In this document: positions 36,265 to 46,703 of the stretch, in pieces
How the letters are laid out: each line of letters begins with the position of its first letter
Numbering within the stretch: the first letter of the stretch is position 1
NCBI GenBank assembly: GCA_030427705.1
Contig: JAUIBR010000002.1
Coordinates: 156,631 to 220,630 of the forward strand
Reading direction: 5' to 3'
Origin: a bacterium
GTDB lineage: Bacteria > Myxococcota_A > Bradymonadia > Bradymonadales > Bradymonadaceae
Length of the DNA stretch: 64,000 nt
Program-made: the position numbers and the translations under genes
Notes under the pieces: generated by a model
Seen by the model: only the letters and a program-made list of their open reading frames with translations
Databases searched by the model: none
Told to the model about the DNA's origin: nothing

Positions 36265-38547
36265 TCACTTCATCGCGCCAACTTTGAACAACGCTGGAAC
36301 TAAGAGGAGATCCGCGACGACAGCCACGACGAAACAGTACGGAAGCAGGTACCCCATGAACGCGATCGTTAGGTAATCGGAGATCACGAACGGAACGAAG
36401 CCCACGGTGAAAATAAAGGTCGTCATGAAGATGCCACGACCCGAGAAATGGAAGGTCGCCCGGATGGCCTCGTCCACCGTGTCCTTGCGTGTGCGCTCAA
36501 GTTTGTAGCGGGTAATGAAGTGAATCGTGTCATCGACGCCGATTCCAATCGCGATCATTCCGATGATCAACGTGTCGGTATCGACCAGGTCCCAAAACCA
36601 TCCCACCCACGCGCCAAGCGCCAATAGTGGCAAGACATTGGGAATCATCGAAACTAGCCCAGTGCGAAGAGAGCGGAACCCAATCACCAACAGCAGCGCG
36701 ATAATCGCTAGCGAGAAACCCAGCCCTCGCCGTTGTCCACCAACGATGTCCGACACCCAATCACCCATCAGCGACTGAAATCCCGTGCCCTCGACCTTGG
36801 CGTCCGGGACATGCTTACGCAGGATTTTGGCAAAATCCTGGCCCAGATTGTAGATGGCGCGGATGCCACCTTCGTCGATATACGCGGTGATGTGGACACT
36901 GCGACGGCTGAAGTCGACATAGGGGTCCAACGCGTCAATTCCCTGCATCTCCAGCACCACGAAGATCTGCGCGATGGCCTCGGGGGTCAGCGGCAAAAAC
37001 TCGACGTCAGCCCCCGCGATGGCCTGATGCGTAGCCTTCATGATGTTCACGATGCTCACGACTTTATCGACCTGTGGATGAGCCTCGATCTCGGCTTGAG
37101 CCGCAGCGATCGCATTGAACGTCTTGGCATCCAGCACGCCCTCGGGCTTGCCGGTATCGACGTACAGTTCCACCGTTGAAGTCGATGCGAACGTCTCGGC
37201 AAAAAAGTCCTGATCGACGCGAACCTGGCTGGATGGCCCCAGCCGTTTCAGAAACTCGGTCTCGAACGTGATCTGCGAGGCCCCCGCCACGCACCAGACA
37301 ATCGCTAACCCCGACGCAACGATAACCAACCATGGACGCTTTGTTGAAACGGACGCACACAGATCAAGCAATTGGTCGATGGCCGACTGCATCGCGCGGT
37401 TGCCGCCCTCTCGCCAGCGTTTCGGGGTCTCGATCTTGGCCAACAGTATCGGCACCAAGGTCATCGCCAACACGTATGCGACGAAGACGCCGAACGCTGA
37501 CACGGCGCCAAGTTGGATGAACACCGGGGTCGGGATAAACATCATCGAGATGAAGCCAACCGCCGTCGTGACGGACGTCAGGAAACACGCCTGACCCACG
37601 TCCACCGTGGCAGCGACGATGGCTTCGTGCTTCGACTCGCGGTGCTCAATCTCCAGCAAATATGCGCTACACAGGTGCACCACATCGCTGAACGAGATGA
37701 TCATCACGAGGCACGGCACCAACGTGATCATGATATTGATGTTCGGGTTCCAGAGGATCGAGAACGCCATCGCGATCGCGACCGCGATGAGCGCCGAGAT
37801 TGTGTTCACGAACACGGGCCACCATCGGCCGAACATCAGGAACACCGAAATCAGCAGCAACACCACGACGAACGGGAAAAGCTTAAACAGGTTCGACCGG
37901 CTCTGGCGCACAATCTCGGCATGCACCGGCGTAATGCCGGCATAACGAACTTCTTCGCGTGTAAAGCCCGACGCGACGAACGCATCCGTGATGGCGTCGA
38001 CAATTCGAGGGGAATTTTCGGCATCACGATTGTCGCCCGGGACGAGCTTGCCGATGAGCATAAACGTCCCGCTGTCCTTGGCGACGAGCAATCCTCCGAC
38101 CTCGTCGTCGTTCTGAATCTCCGCCAAAAGATCGGCCGCTCTTGTTGGGTCTTCGCTGGCAATCTCGCTGAAGTTTCGTTCCTTGATGGAATCGCCGACC
38201 AAGCCCATGCGGCTAAAGGAAACAGGGCTCACGACCCGTTCGATGTCTTCCATCGCGTCAACGGCGGCGTGAGCCTTCTGTAGCTTGCCCAGCGTTGGCT
38301 CTACGAAGGGATTATCAGCTTCAATGGCAACAATAACCGCTTCATCGCTACCAAATTGACGCGTGAGCTCTTTGTAACGTTGAAAGTCGTGGTGTTCCTC
38401 ACCGAAGAACATCGACTCGATGGAAGACCCAAGATTTGCAGTTGGAAAGAGGGCGAGCGAAGCGATGAGCACCAGCAATACCGCCGCCAGAAAACCTCGC
38501 GTGTGGGACAACACGAGGTTTACATATCGTTCGAGCAGTCGCTCCAC
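36265..38547 (-). CDS. MMPL/RND-superfamily exporter (HpnN-like, 12 TM with two periplasmic loops)
   Basis: 760 aa. It has the N-terminal TM, a periplasmic domain and a TM bundle, repeated twice. The FGIGVDDTIHFITRY motif is typical of MMPL/SSD transporters. Confidence 0.75.
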   Translation of the reverse strand: MERLLERYVNLVLSHTRGFLAAVLLVLIASLALFPTANLGSSIESMFFGEEHHDFQRYKELTRQFGSDEAVIVAIEADNPFVEPTLGKLQKAHAAVDAMEDIERVVSPVSFSRMGLVGDSIKERNFSEIASEDPTRAADLLAEIQNDDEVGGLLVAKDSGTFMLIGKLVPGDNRDAENSPRIVDAITDAFVASGFTREEVRYAGITPVHAEIVRQSRSNLFKLFPFVVVLLLISVFLMFGRWWPVFVNTISALIAVAIAMAFSILWNPNINIMITLVPCLVMIISFSDVVHLCSAYLLEIEHRESKHEAIVAATVDVGQACFLTSVTTAVGFISMMFIPTPVFIQLGAVSAFGVFVAYVLAMTLVPILLAKIETPKRWREGGNRAMQSAIDQLLDLCASVSTKRPWLVIVASGLAIVWCVAGASQITFETEFLKRLGPSSQVRVDQDFFAETFASTSTVELYVDTGKPEGVLDAKTFNAIAAAQAEIEAHPQVDKVVSIVNIMKATHQAIAGADVEFLPLTPEAIAQIFVVLEMQGIDALDPYVDFSRRSVHITAYIDEGGIRAIYNLGQDFAKILRKHVPDAKVEGTGFQSLMGDWVSDIVGGQRRGLGFSLAIIALLLVIGFRSLRTGLVSMIPNVLPLLALGAWVGWFWDLVDTDTLIIGMIAIGIGVDDTIHFITRYKLERTRKDTVDEAIRATFHFSGRGIFMTTFIFTVGFVPFVISDYLTIAFMGYLLPYCFVVAVVADLLLVPALFKVGAMK

Positions 38548-38550
38548 GAG

Positions 38551-39150
38551 CTACTCAGGCTTTTTCTTGGTCAGGCTCTTTCTGAGATGTTTGATCAACT
38601 TCGGCAACGTTTCGCGTTGCGCCTTTGTGATCAGACCATCTGGCACCATCATGTCGGGAACCGCATGAACCTTGTAGATCACGAGCGAACGCTGACCAGA
38701 ACTGTCAAAGTTCTGAATGCGCCAACTTCCGCGATTCGACTCGAAATCGCCCTTGATAAGCACCCAGGTACGACTCCAAACCGGTGGACCCACCACATGT
38801 TTGGCCTGCGTCAGCGCGGTTAGGTTCGAAAGCGGCCAAGGCATATCGGTCGTCACCTGGCATGTAATCTGGTCGCCCTTCTTTCGGATCTGCTTGCTCT
38901 CCAACACCCGAATCATCGTCTTGGTGTATCGGGAGCAATCCCCGACGATCTTCCAAACTTCCTCAGGCGCGGCGTCGATAACTGCCGTCACAGTGGCTTC
39001 GGGAATATCCGAGCCCTTGATATCTTTCAGCTCAACTACGATTTCGCCCTTGTCCAGGCGGTCTCGCAGTTTGTTCTGACCAAAGGCAAATGCCGGAATC
39101 ATCAGCATCAAAACTGCGATTGAGCACGACCATAAGAGGTTCTTCTTCAT
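38551..39150 (-). CDS. Secreted SRPBCC (START/Bet v1-like) lipid-binding family protein, putative
   Basis: Start MKKNLLWSCSIAVLMLMIPAFAFGQ is immediately downstream of the GH31 stop. The ~175-aa mature domain has the EEVWKIVGDCSRYTKTM... pattern of SRPBCC/polyketide-cyclase-like folds. Confidence 0.4.
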   Translation of the reverse strand: MKKNLLWSCSIAVLMLMIPAFAFGQNKLRDRLDKGEIVVELKDIKGSDIPEATVTAVIDAAPEEVWKIVGDCSRYTKTMIRVLESKQIRKKGDQITCQVTTDMPWPLSNLTALTQAKHVVGPPVWSRTWVLIKGDFESNRGSWRIQNFDSSGQRSLVIYKVHAVPDMMVPDGLITKAQRETLPKLIKHLRKSLTKKKPE

Positions 39151-41045
39151 TCTGACCATCCGACCGAAACTTCGTCTGTGGTTGCGGGGACTTTCACCCA
39201 CAAAAACGTTCCTTCAGCATCAACCCACCACCCTGAATCCGCCGATTCAAGGTCCGTCGCCGAGTTGGCGTTAGTCATTGCCGAGCCATTGAGTGTAACC
39301 GATGTGAGTGTGCGACCGCGAGTGTGGATTCGGAACACCACTCCACGCGGTGCGCTGGACAACACAACCTCGCTTGTGCGCAAAGATACAGAATCGACCG
39401 TGTCCGACTCTCCATGCAACGAGAACGCGGTCGTCGCGCCCCCAGGATACGCCAATATCGCCAGCGCTCCTTTGGAATCGAAGGCTGAGATACCACTCGT
39501 GTCTCCGAGCAGGTCCATCGGGATGATCGCGCCTTCCTTCACGAAGAGCGGCATCACGGATTGGTCCGTGGCGTCGTAATTCTGCAGCGTTTGGTCACCT
39601 GCAATCTCGGTGGTCTGGTCCCACCAATCGAACCAAGTACCCGCAGGAAGCTCAACATCGCGAGTACCAGTCTCGTCCAGGACCGGTGCGACCAGGAATG
39701 CCTCCCCAAGCATGTAACGATAATCGTCTGTCCAATCAGCCTCTTGGCCCTGAGGACGGATGATGGGCGGAGCATTTCCTGCGTATGCTTCCTGCGCCAG
39801 GCTAAACCAGAACGGTATCAGCTCGGTGTGTAGCGTCGCCCAATACCGGTAGATATCGACGGTCTCCTGAGCATTCGTTTCCACCGTCCACGGAGCGAGA
39901 TTGTCGCGACCATGAAGCTGCATGAACGGCATCATTCCTGACACCGCCGTCCATCGAACGAAGTTGTCTTGGTCGAACGGAATCATCCGACTGATTTCGT
40001 TCTCGTCGCGATCAAGGTAGCCACCCAAATCCGACCCAAGAACGACATAACCCGCCTCCGCAGATCGAAAGATGTGGTCCAACGCGTCGGCGAGTCCCAC
40101 CCAATCACGGTGATTGTCCCCGGCCCAGACAACAGGGGCGTGTTCGGGACGTGCGTAGAAACGACCATCAAATTGATAAGATTGGTCATAGGCTCTGACC
40201 ATCGTGACGAACTCGTCGGTTCCGACTTTGTCCGCACCGTATGCATAAAAGTCCTGGTAGTACTTCTCCGAGTACTCTTGAAAGGTCTTCTCGCCGTCAA
40301 AGGTCTGAACGGAATCTGTCGTGATGTACTCCTCGCCAAAGTCGAGCTTCCATCCCGCCACGCCCATCTCCAACAGAGCGTCTTGTTGGCGGTGCCACCA
40401 TTGCATACCGTCTGGGTTCCAGAAGTCGACCGCGGAACCTTTTCCCTTCCACCATGTAAACTCGTCGCCCTCGTTGATGTAGTAACCACACTCGCTTCCG
40501 GTTTCGTAGTTTGGCGACGGATTGGGATAAATCGCCGTATCACCACCACCTGTTTCGAGGTCGAAGTTCAGCGTGTTCACCATCTGCGTCGTCCAGAGCA
40601 CGATCCGGACGTTTTGCGCCCGAAGGTCTGAAACCATGGTCGCAAATTCGGGATACCGTTGCTCGTTTGGCACGAACGTGTTGTAGGCGGTCTCCCAAGG
40701 CGAATCCAAGACCACAACGCCGATGGGAATGTCGCGATCGATGAATCCCTGAACAAATTCTCGCGTGTCCGCCCCGTCCGAGATGTCTTTGGAAATCCAT
40801 GGCAGAAACGCCCACTTCGGCGTGTAAATCTGCGGGTCAGCGAACGACTCGTCGGCGCCAGGGGTAAAGCCGCAATTGGAGTTCGCCATGTCATCGCCCA
40901 TGTCGGAGCGCTGCATGTCCTCAACGTTATTGACGTTGTTTGTGTTGTTGGCGTTGTTCGCTCGGACGTTGTTCGAGTTTGAATCGTCCGAACATCCGAA
41001 GACGGCCACGCTCAGCGCGGCATACAGCAGGGGCCTGAGCCTCAT
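39147..41045 (-). CDS. Glycoside hydrolase family 31 lipoprotein (alpha-glucosidase/alpha-xylosidase-like)
   Basis: Lipobox AVFGC-SDD then an NNVRANNANNTNNVNNV linker. GH31 catalytic region VDFWNPDGMQWWHRQQDALLEMGVAGWKLDFGEEY (compare E. coli YicI VDFTNPDACKWY...GVDCFKTDFGERIP). Confidence 0.7.
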   Translation of the reverse strand: MRLRPLLYAALSVAVFGCSDDSNSNNVRANNANNTNNVNNVEDMQRSDMGDDMANSNCGFTPGADESFADPQIYTPKWAFLPWISKDISDGADTREFVQGFIDRDIPIGVVVLDSPWETAYNTFVPNEQRYPEFATMVSDLRAQNVRIVLWTTQMVNTLNFDLETGGGDTAIYPNPSPNYETGSECGYYINEGDEFTWWKGKGSAVDFWNPDGMQWWHRQQDALLEMGVAGWKLDFGEEYITTDSVQTFDGEKTFQEYSEKYYQDFYAYGADKVGTDEFVTMVRAYDQSYQFDGRFYARPEHAPVVWAGDNHRDWVGLADALDHIFRSAEAGYVVLGSDLGGYLDRDENEISRMIPFDQDNFVRWTAVSGMMPFMQLHGRDNLAPWTVETNAQETVDIYRYWATLHTELIPFWFSLAQEAYAGNAPPIIRPQGQEADWTDDYRYMLGEAFLVAPVLDETGTRDVELPAGTWFDWWDQTTEIAGDQTLQNYDATDQSVMPLFVKEGAIIPMDLLGDTSGISAFDSKGALAILAYPGGATTAFSLHGESDTVDSVSLRTSEVVLSSAPRGVVFRIHTRGRTLTSVTLNGSAMTNANSATDLESADSGWWVDAEGTFLWVKVPATTDEVSVGWSE

Positions 41046-41107
41046 TTCGTTCCTCTAAATTTACATCTGACGCGCGAAGTTTATCGATCGATCGTACGAA
41101 ATTCCAA

Positions 41108-44100
41108 TTACAATCCATCAAGTTCTTTGGATCGCAATCGCACGTCCAGCCACTCGCCGAGCTGAGGATCCGCGGCCCGAATCTGATGCACCAACCAATG
41201 CACATCTGGATGCACGAAGTTGGTCTTCATCAAGATTTCGTCCAACTCATTGAGAGAGCTCACTTCTCCGATGCCCATCTTCTGATGGAGCATGACGAGG
41301 TGGGGCACCAACTTCAGCTGTAGCGCGAGCTTGGGACCAAACTCGTCCAAGGCTTGGGTCGCCAGCCGAAGCGCTTCATCGTTGTTTCCGCATCGAAGCT
41401 CCATCACGGCCTGACGGGCCACGACCAAGCCAGCCAAACTGGAGTTGCAGTCCATGAAGGAGCGTAGGGCAATCTGGTAGTGCTCGCGCGCGTCATCGAA
41501 CTGTTTGCGGAGTGCAAACCCATCTCCGATCGATTTCAACGCCATGCCCGCAGCAGACAAGGACCCGGCCTTTGTCGCATATTCGTAGGCCTGCATTGCA
41601 TATGGCAGACCGTCGGGGTTGCCTTCACGTAACCACACGTCAGCAAGCCCCTGCAGAGCCCATGCATAGTCGATGTCACTGCCACCAAGCTCTGCGAGTT
41701 CGGCGGAGTTTGTGTAACATTCAACCGCCCCTTCTCGGTCTCCGCGGTTGAGACGGAACCAACCCTCACCATGAAGGATTTTGGCCAAGCCGATTTGATC
41801 GCCGATCGACTCGAAGATGGCCTTCGCGGTCATGTAGAGGTTGAGCGCATCCTGGTATTCGCCGCGTACGTAGAGCAGGCCCGCAATCGCTCGATACGCG
41901 TTTGCCACGGCCTGTTTGTCGTCACATGTTGCGCAAGCCTCGCGAAGTTCTTTGGCGACCGAATCACCGTTTTCGAGCTGTCCGACAAAACGAAAAACTT
42001 CGACGCGACGGGTCTGTGCTTGCAGGGACTCAGCGGCGTTACTGGGCGTCGAGATGGTTTGATCGATCTCACGAATGCGGTCCAACAAACGCATCGAGGC
42101 GCGGTAATCGGTCTGACGCATGAGCTCGTCGACGGCCAGCAAGTACTGTTGGCGCGCCTCTTTGAGACGTCCGGCGTCGTACAAAAACGTCCCGCGACGT
42201 TGCGCAGCAGGCACGCCGTTGGCGGCGTCTTCAAGCTCCGCATTCGCACAAGCGATGAGCACATCTGACCATCGCCCCGCGGACTGCGAACGACGTTTGA
42301 TGAGGTCCACCAGTGGTGATTTGGCGAACGCCCAACCGTCGGGGAAAACGACCGCCAAACCCTCGAGTTCCATTCGCACCGCGAGTCCTGAGGGAATCTC
42401 AATTCCGAGACAATTCGCCGCCGAACCCCACTCTTCGTTGGAGATATCTCCACCCAAGGCCACGGCGAGTTCCAATGCAGGCGCCGCTTCTTCGGGAAGC
42501 TCAGAGAGGATATCTCGAAGTCGGTTCTCCCATAGTTCTCGAAACTCTTCCGTTAGCTGGTCGCTTTCGACACGGAATCCGTCCTGCGTTGCGACCAGCT
42601 CTTCGTTCGAGATCCAGTGAGCAACCAGCTGTTCAGCCGCTTTGAACTGCCCCATCGAGCGGTGCATCAGGAAATTGCGCGACCCTTCATCCAACGGAAT
42701 CAATCGGGTCAGATAGTCGCGGAAATCGGATTCACCGACCTCGTCGATTTGCAGCGTTGGGGCATCGAGTGACTCTTCCCAGCCGCCAGCTCGCCCAGAC
42801 ACAACCACGAATGCGTTCACGGTTCGCCAGCGAGCCAAGAGGGCTGCGAACGCAACAGCGTCCTCGCCCCACTGGGCATCGTCGATCCACACGAATACCG
42901 GTCTGCGCGCCGAAACGAACTCAAGGACCCGAGCGAGTACGATATGGCGTTGATTTGGCGACTCGAACTGAATCGCAGGCGCCGATAATGGCACCTCGTC
43001 CCCCATCAACAACATCACGCTGGCGGCCAATTCATCGATGGAGACGTCAGCTCCCCACAACCGCAACGACTCTTTGACGAACGCAAACATCTCTTTCGAG
43101 CCCATGCCTTTGCACGGCAGGAGTTTGCGCATCAATCGCGGGATACCTTCGTCGCTACTGGATGACTGCGTATGTCCGGACCGAATCGCGTGATGCACGA
43201 TTCCAAGTTCCATCGCGCGCCGCGCCACCCACTGGATGCAACGTGTTTTGCCAACCTGGGCATCCCCGATGACCTTCATGAAGTGCGGCCCACCTTCAAG
43301 AGCGTCACCTAAGGCAGACCACAGGCGCTCTCGTTCGGCTTCACGATTAACGAACGGGGGCGGCCGCAGTCCAAACAAATTCAGGCCGACACCGCTCAAG
43401 GTCGGAAGCTCAGGTTCTTCGCATCGCCAATCGACGAACGGGGCGCGTTCCGTCGATTCTTCTTGGAGTCCGCGATGGTCAGAGCTGAGCACTTCCACAC
43501 GTCTAGAAACGTTGATTTGCTGCGTGTCGCTGTAAGTCAGAGTCGCGAAATGGGTAGAGGACTTCCCGTCGCGCGGCTCGATCGAGTCCGACTCGTTCAG
43601 ACTTTTGGAGGGAACCCACTGACCACGGCATAACTCGGTCAGATTCCATGCAGCGTCAGCCGCGCATTGGAACCTCTGGTTGATGGCTTTCTGCACCAGC
43701 TTCTGCAGCCATGCTTCGAACTTGGGGGGGACGGGAAAGAGCGGTGCGAGTTTCGGAAACGGATCTTGTAGATGTTTCATCCCAACTGCGAACGGTTGCC
43801 CGGCCACAAACGGCGCCTCACCGCAAGCCAATTGGTACACGACACAGCCCAACGCGTAGAGGTCAGTCCACGGACCATACCGCCGCCAATCACCACGAAA
43901 CTGTTCCGGAGCCATGAACGCAGGGGTTCCCGCCGTTGACGAGCTCAATGCAGCAGGATCCAAGGTCATCGTCGGATCGACCACATGGGAAATGCCAAAA
44001 TCCGTCAGCAGCGGGTAGTAGCCATCCTGGTCTTCACCCAAGAGGATGTTATCGGGCTTCAAATCACGATGGACGACGCCTCGCGCGTGGGCGTACGCCA

Positions 44101-44461
44101 GCGCATCGAGCACGTCGAGAACGAGTCGTGAGAGCTGCCCCCAACTCTCCAGTTGTTCGGGGAGCGCACCAACAGCCAATTCCATCGCAAACCAAGGCGT
44201 GCCCGGCTTGTAGTCATCGGATGTGACATTTTCGGGGATTCGGCCGACATCGATGATGTTGACGATGCCGCGATGGTTCAGCCCCGCAACCGCACGAATT
44301 TCGCGCTCAAAACCTTCGATGAATCGCGTGTCATTCGCCTTCTTTCCGCGGACGGTTTTGATGGCGACCTCATACGGGGAGTTCTTGTGCGCGGCGCGCC
44401 AAACGTCGCCCATGCCGCCGCGACCGATCCTCTCCTCAAGTATGAACTCGCCAATTCGCAT
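41108..44461 (-). CDS. Ser/Thr protein kinase fused to STAND P-loop NTPase and TPR array
   Basis: Kinase motifs GRGGMGDVW, AIK, HRDLKPDNILL, DFG, APE. Walker A GDAQVGKT follows near position 390. The C-terminal ~450 aa are TPR-like. Confidence 0.85.
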   Translation of the reverse strand: MRIGEFILEERIGRGGMGDVWRAAHKNSPYEVAIKTVRGKKANDTRFIEGFEREIRAVAGLNHRGIVNIIDVGRIPENVTSDDYKPGTPWFAMELAVGALPEQLESWGQLSRLVLDVLDALAYAHARGVVHRDLKPDNILLGEDQDGYYPLLTDFGISHVVDPTMTLDPAALSSSTAGTPAFMAPEQFRGDWRRYGPWTDLYALGCVVYQLACGEAPFVAGQPFAVGMKHLQDPFPKLAPLFPVPPKFEAWLQKLVQKAINQRFQCAADAAWNLTELCRGQWVPSKSLNESDSIEPRDGKSSTHFATLTYSDTQQINVSRRVEVLSSDHRGLQEESTERAPFVDWRCEEPELPTLSGVGLNLFGLRPPPFVNREAERERLWSALGDALEGGPHFMKVIGDAQVGKTRCIQWVARRAMELGIVHHAIRSGHTQSSSSDEGIPRLMRKLLPCKGMGSKEMFAFVKESLRLWGADVSIDELAASVMLLMGDEVPLSAPAIQFESPNQRHIVLARVLEFVSARRPVFVWIDDAQWGEDAVAFAALLARWRTVNAFVVVSGRAGGWEESLDAPTLQIDEVGESDFRDYLTRLIPLDEGSRNFLMHRSMGQFKAAEQLVAHWISNEELVATQDGFRVESDQLTEEFRELWENRLRDILSELPEEAAPALELAVALGGDISNEEWGSAANCLGIEIPSGLAVRMELEGLAVVFPDGWAFAKSPLVDLIKRRSQSAGRWSDVLIACANAELEDAANGVPAAQRRGTFLYDAGRLKEARQQYLLAVDELMRQTDYRASMRLLDRIREIDQTISTPSNAAESLQAQTRRVEVFRFVGQLENGDSVAKELREACATCDDKQAVANAYRAIAGLLYVRGEYQDALNLYMTAKAIFESIGDQIGLAKILHGEGWFRLNRGDREGAVECYTNSAELAELGGSDIDYAWALQGLADVWLREGNPDGLPYAMQAYEYATKAGSLSAAGMALKSIGDGFALRKQFDDAREHYQIALRSFMDCNSSLAGLVVARQAVMELRCGNNDEALRLATQALDEFGPKLALQLKLVPHLVMLHQKMGIGEVSSLNELDEILMKTNFVHPDVHWLVHQIRAADPQLGEWLDVRLRSKELDGL

Positions 44462-44540
44462 GCAACGCTCGTCGTCGTTTGTCTGTCATTATGGGGAAAA
44501 CGGAGCACCCGGTCGATCGCAATCTGGGAGACGTGCAGGG

Positions 44541-46703
44541 TTGCATTATCTGGCGATTGAACCGGACAATGGATCCACTCAATGGAGTGCATGTGTGAGT
44601 GGTGACCCTCCCAAATTTGATGTCTTTGCGACCGGAGTCAGCGGCTCTGTGATCGTGACGTTGGGGGTTTTCCTGAACGCCGTCGCAGAAGTATCCGTGA
44701 CGCCTTTTGGAACTGCAGCGGACTATGTAAATGCATTTGGCGCAGCGTGTTTGTTGGTCGGCGCACCGATTCTGTTACTGGCCGGAATCGACCATGCACT
44801 CACAAGAACAAAGATGCCGCACGCTGTCGGTTTTTGGAGCCCTCCCCTTTTGGGGTTGGTGTTCTTTGCTCTGACGTCCTTTCAATCTGGGGTGTTGTCG
44901 CCAGTGGTCGCGATCGGAATCACCCTCGGCTGTTTGGCTGCTGGCGTTTTGGCCGCGAGAAATCTGTCATTTTTTGGCAGTGCTAAATCGAGTGCTTTCT
45001 CGGCGCCCACCGTTTGGTGGGTCGTCCTGTCGGCAATCTTGTTTCACGACGCCATCGACACGACTTCGGGTCCATCGACTGCGACCGCTGGGCTTCCGCT
45101 ACTCGCAGGGATCGCAGGCGTTGGCGTCCAATCCTTTGCGGTCTGGGCTGAGCGGCAACCGAAGCTTCGGAGCCTTGGACTCGGTGCAGGCCTCTTGCTA
45201 GCCGCCGTTGCAGCTTTTGTGCTCCAAAACTGGTTGGTAGAGCTGAACATGCAGCTGAAGCTGTGGCTCATCCTTTCGATCGCGACTGGCGTGAGCGCGC
45301 TGGGGCGCGAGATTCCTGGGGCTAAGGTTATCGCTGCGTTTGTTCTGGTCATTGCATTAGCGTTTGGCGGTTGGAAGTCCTCACAAGATATTCCTTCCAG
45401 ATTTGCCGGAACTTCCACCAGAAGTACTGCCGGTACCGCTGCGCGCTTGCTTTCATCGTTCGATGATGCGGATCGCGACGGCTTCTATTCGGATGCCGTC
45501 GGAGGCAACGACTGTGACGACACCGATGCCTCCATCCATCCTGCATCAGCCACGGGGTGCTGGTCGGACCTCGCGGCTGAATTGGTCTCCCCGAACGCCA
45601 AACCCATCGCCGATGACGTGTTGATCGTCATCATCGACGCCATGCGCGCGGATGCAATTGAGCATGCTCCAAACCTGTCGGAGCTCGCCAAGCAAAACGT
45701 GTCGTTCACTCGTGCCTGGGCGCCAGGAAATTCTACTTTCTTGAGCGTGCCGACGATGCTGAGTGGACAGTCACCAGTCGCCGCAATCAAAACCATGTCA
45801 GAAAATGACAAATATGAAGATCTACTAAAGGGTAAGACGGTATTCGATGTTTCGGACGAAGACTGCGATGTGATGATTGTACAAGCCCACGGTTATGCGG
45901 ATTGGCTATTCGCCTACTATCCCAAGCCGGAGCTCCGCTCATTTTCAACCCAACTCACTGACACCGGTCACGGCGCGCCATTTGCGGTCGAGAAGCTCCA
46001 AGGGGCGCTTGAGAAATGTGGCGACAAACCCGTCACCGCGGTTGTCTACATCGACGATCCGCATATCGAACAACCGGAGCTCAAGTACACCTGCCGTGAC
46101 GGCTCGCAAGGTGGCCGTGAATGTTACCACGAAGAGATTGGCGTTGTGGACGACGCGCTTGGAAAGATGCTGACGTTGATGGACAGCCGAAAACGTCCTC
46201 GACTGACCGTCGTGACCGCCGACCATGGCGAAGCGTTCGAAGAACACGGACATCGCGCTCACACTTCGAGCGTCTTTAACGAACAAATTGCGGTGCCTCT
46301 GGTCGTTGCAGGAACCGGTGATGCCGCGAAAGTTGTGACACAACCGACAACGCTGTTGGCGATCCCCGCGCTTGTCGAGGCCTACAAAGTTGGGGCAACG
46401 CAGCAGAAACGCGCACATGGAAACCCGCTTAGCTGCGGGGTCGCTAACCCTTGTCTGGCCCCGCTCGCCCACAATTGGCTGGGTCACGTCAAACGTGGCT
46501 GGACGCCGCCATCGACCGCGGTGACGGACGGAAAATGGAAGCTCGTCTATTTTTGGAAGACCAATCGAAGCCTGGTTTTCGACCTCGAAGCGGACCCGCA
46601 GGAGTCAAAACCCTTGGATGAACCCGAGGTCGAGCAGCGTTTGATGACCGCCCTGAAGCGAACATTTGCGACCGAAATGAAGGCGTCGCTCAGCGGACCC
46701 TAA
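44541..46703 (+). CDS. Membrane-anchored alkaline-phosphatase/sulfatase-superfamily enzyme (LtaS/EptA-like transferase or sulfatase)
   Basis: The longest ORF (from 44223) is antisense to the kinase gene for ~240 nt, so I trimmed it to TTG 44541 (GGGAG 10 nt upstream). GTG 44595 is an alternative. About 8 TM helices precede the catalytic domain VLIVIIDAMRADAIEH...APGNSTFLSVPTMLSG...DHGE. Confidence 0.5.
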   Translation: MHYLAIEPDNGSTQWSACVSGDPPKFDVFATGVSGSVIVTLGVFLNAVAEVSVTPFGTAADYVNAFGAACLLVGAPILLLAGIDHALTRTKMPHAVGFWSPPLLGLVFFALTSFQSGVLSPVVAIGITLGCLAAGVLAARNLSFFGSAKSSAFSAPTVWWVVLSAILFHDAIDTTSGPSTATAGLPLLAGIAGVGVQSFAVWAERQPKLRSLGLGAGLLLAAVAAFVLQNWLVELNMQLKLWLILSIATGVSALGREIPGAKVIAAFVLVIALAFGGWKSSQDIPSRFAGTSTRSTAGTAARLLSSFDDADRDGFYSDAVGGNDCDDTDASIHPASATGCWSDLAAELVSPNAKPIADDVLIVIIDAMRADAIEHAPNLSELAKQNVSFTRAWAPGNSTFLSVPTMLSGQSPVAAIKTMSENDKYEDLLKGKTVFDVSDEDCDVMIVQAHGYADWLFAYYPKPELRSFSTQLTDTGHGAPFAVEKLQGALEKCGDKPVTAVVYIDDPHIEQPELKYTCRDGSQGGRECYHEEIGVVDDALGKMLTLMDSRKRPRLTVVTADHGEAFEEHGHRAHTSSVFNEQIAVPLVVAGTGDAAKVVTQPTTLLAIPALVEAYKVGATQQKRAHGNPLSCGVANPCLAPLAHNWLGHVKRGWTPPSTAVTDGKWKLVYFWKTNRSLVFDLEADPQESKPLDEPEVEQRLMTALKRTFATEMKASLSGP

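Noticed and set aside
44223-44540. N-terminal 106 codons of the 826-aa ORF (MTFSGIRPTSMMLTMPRWF...)
   Set aside because: The segment is antisense to the kinase gene's 5' region and translates to non-protein-like sequence. The real gene most likely starts at TTG 44541 or GTG 44595, just before the first TM helix.
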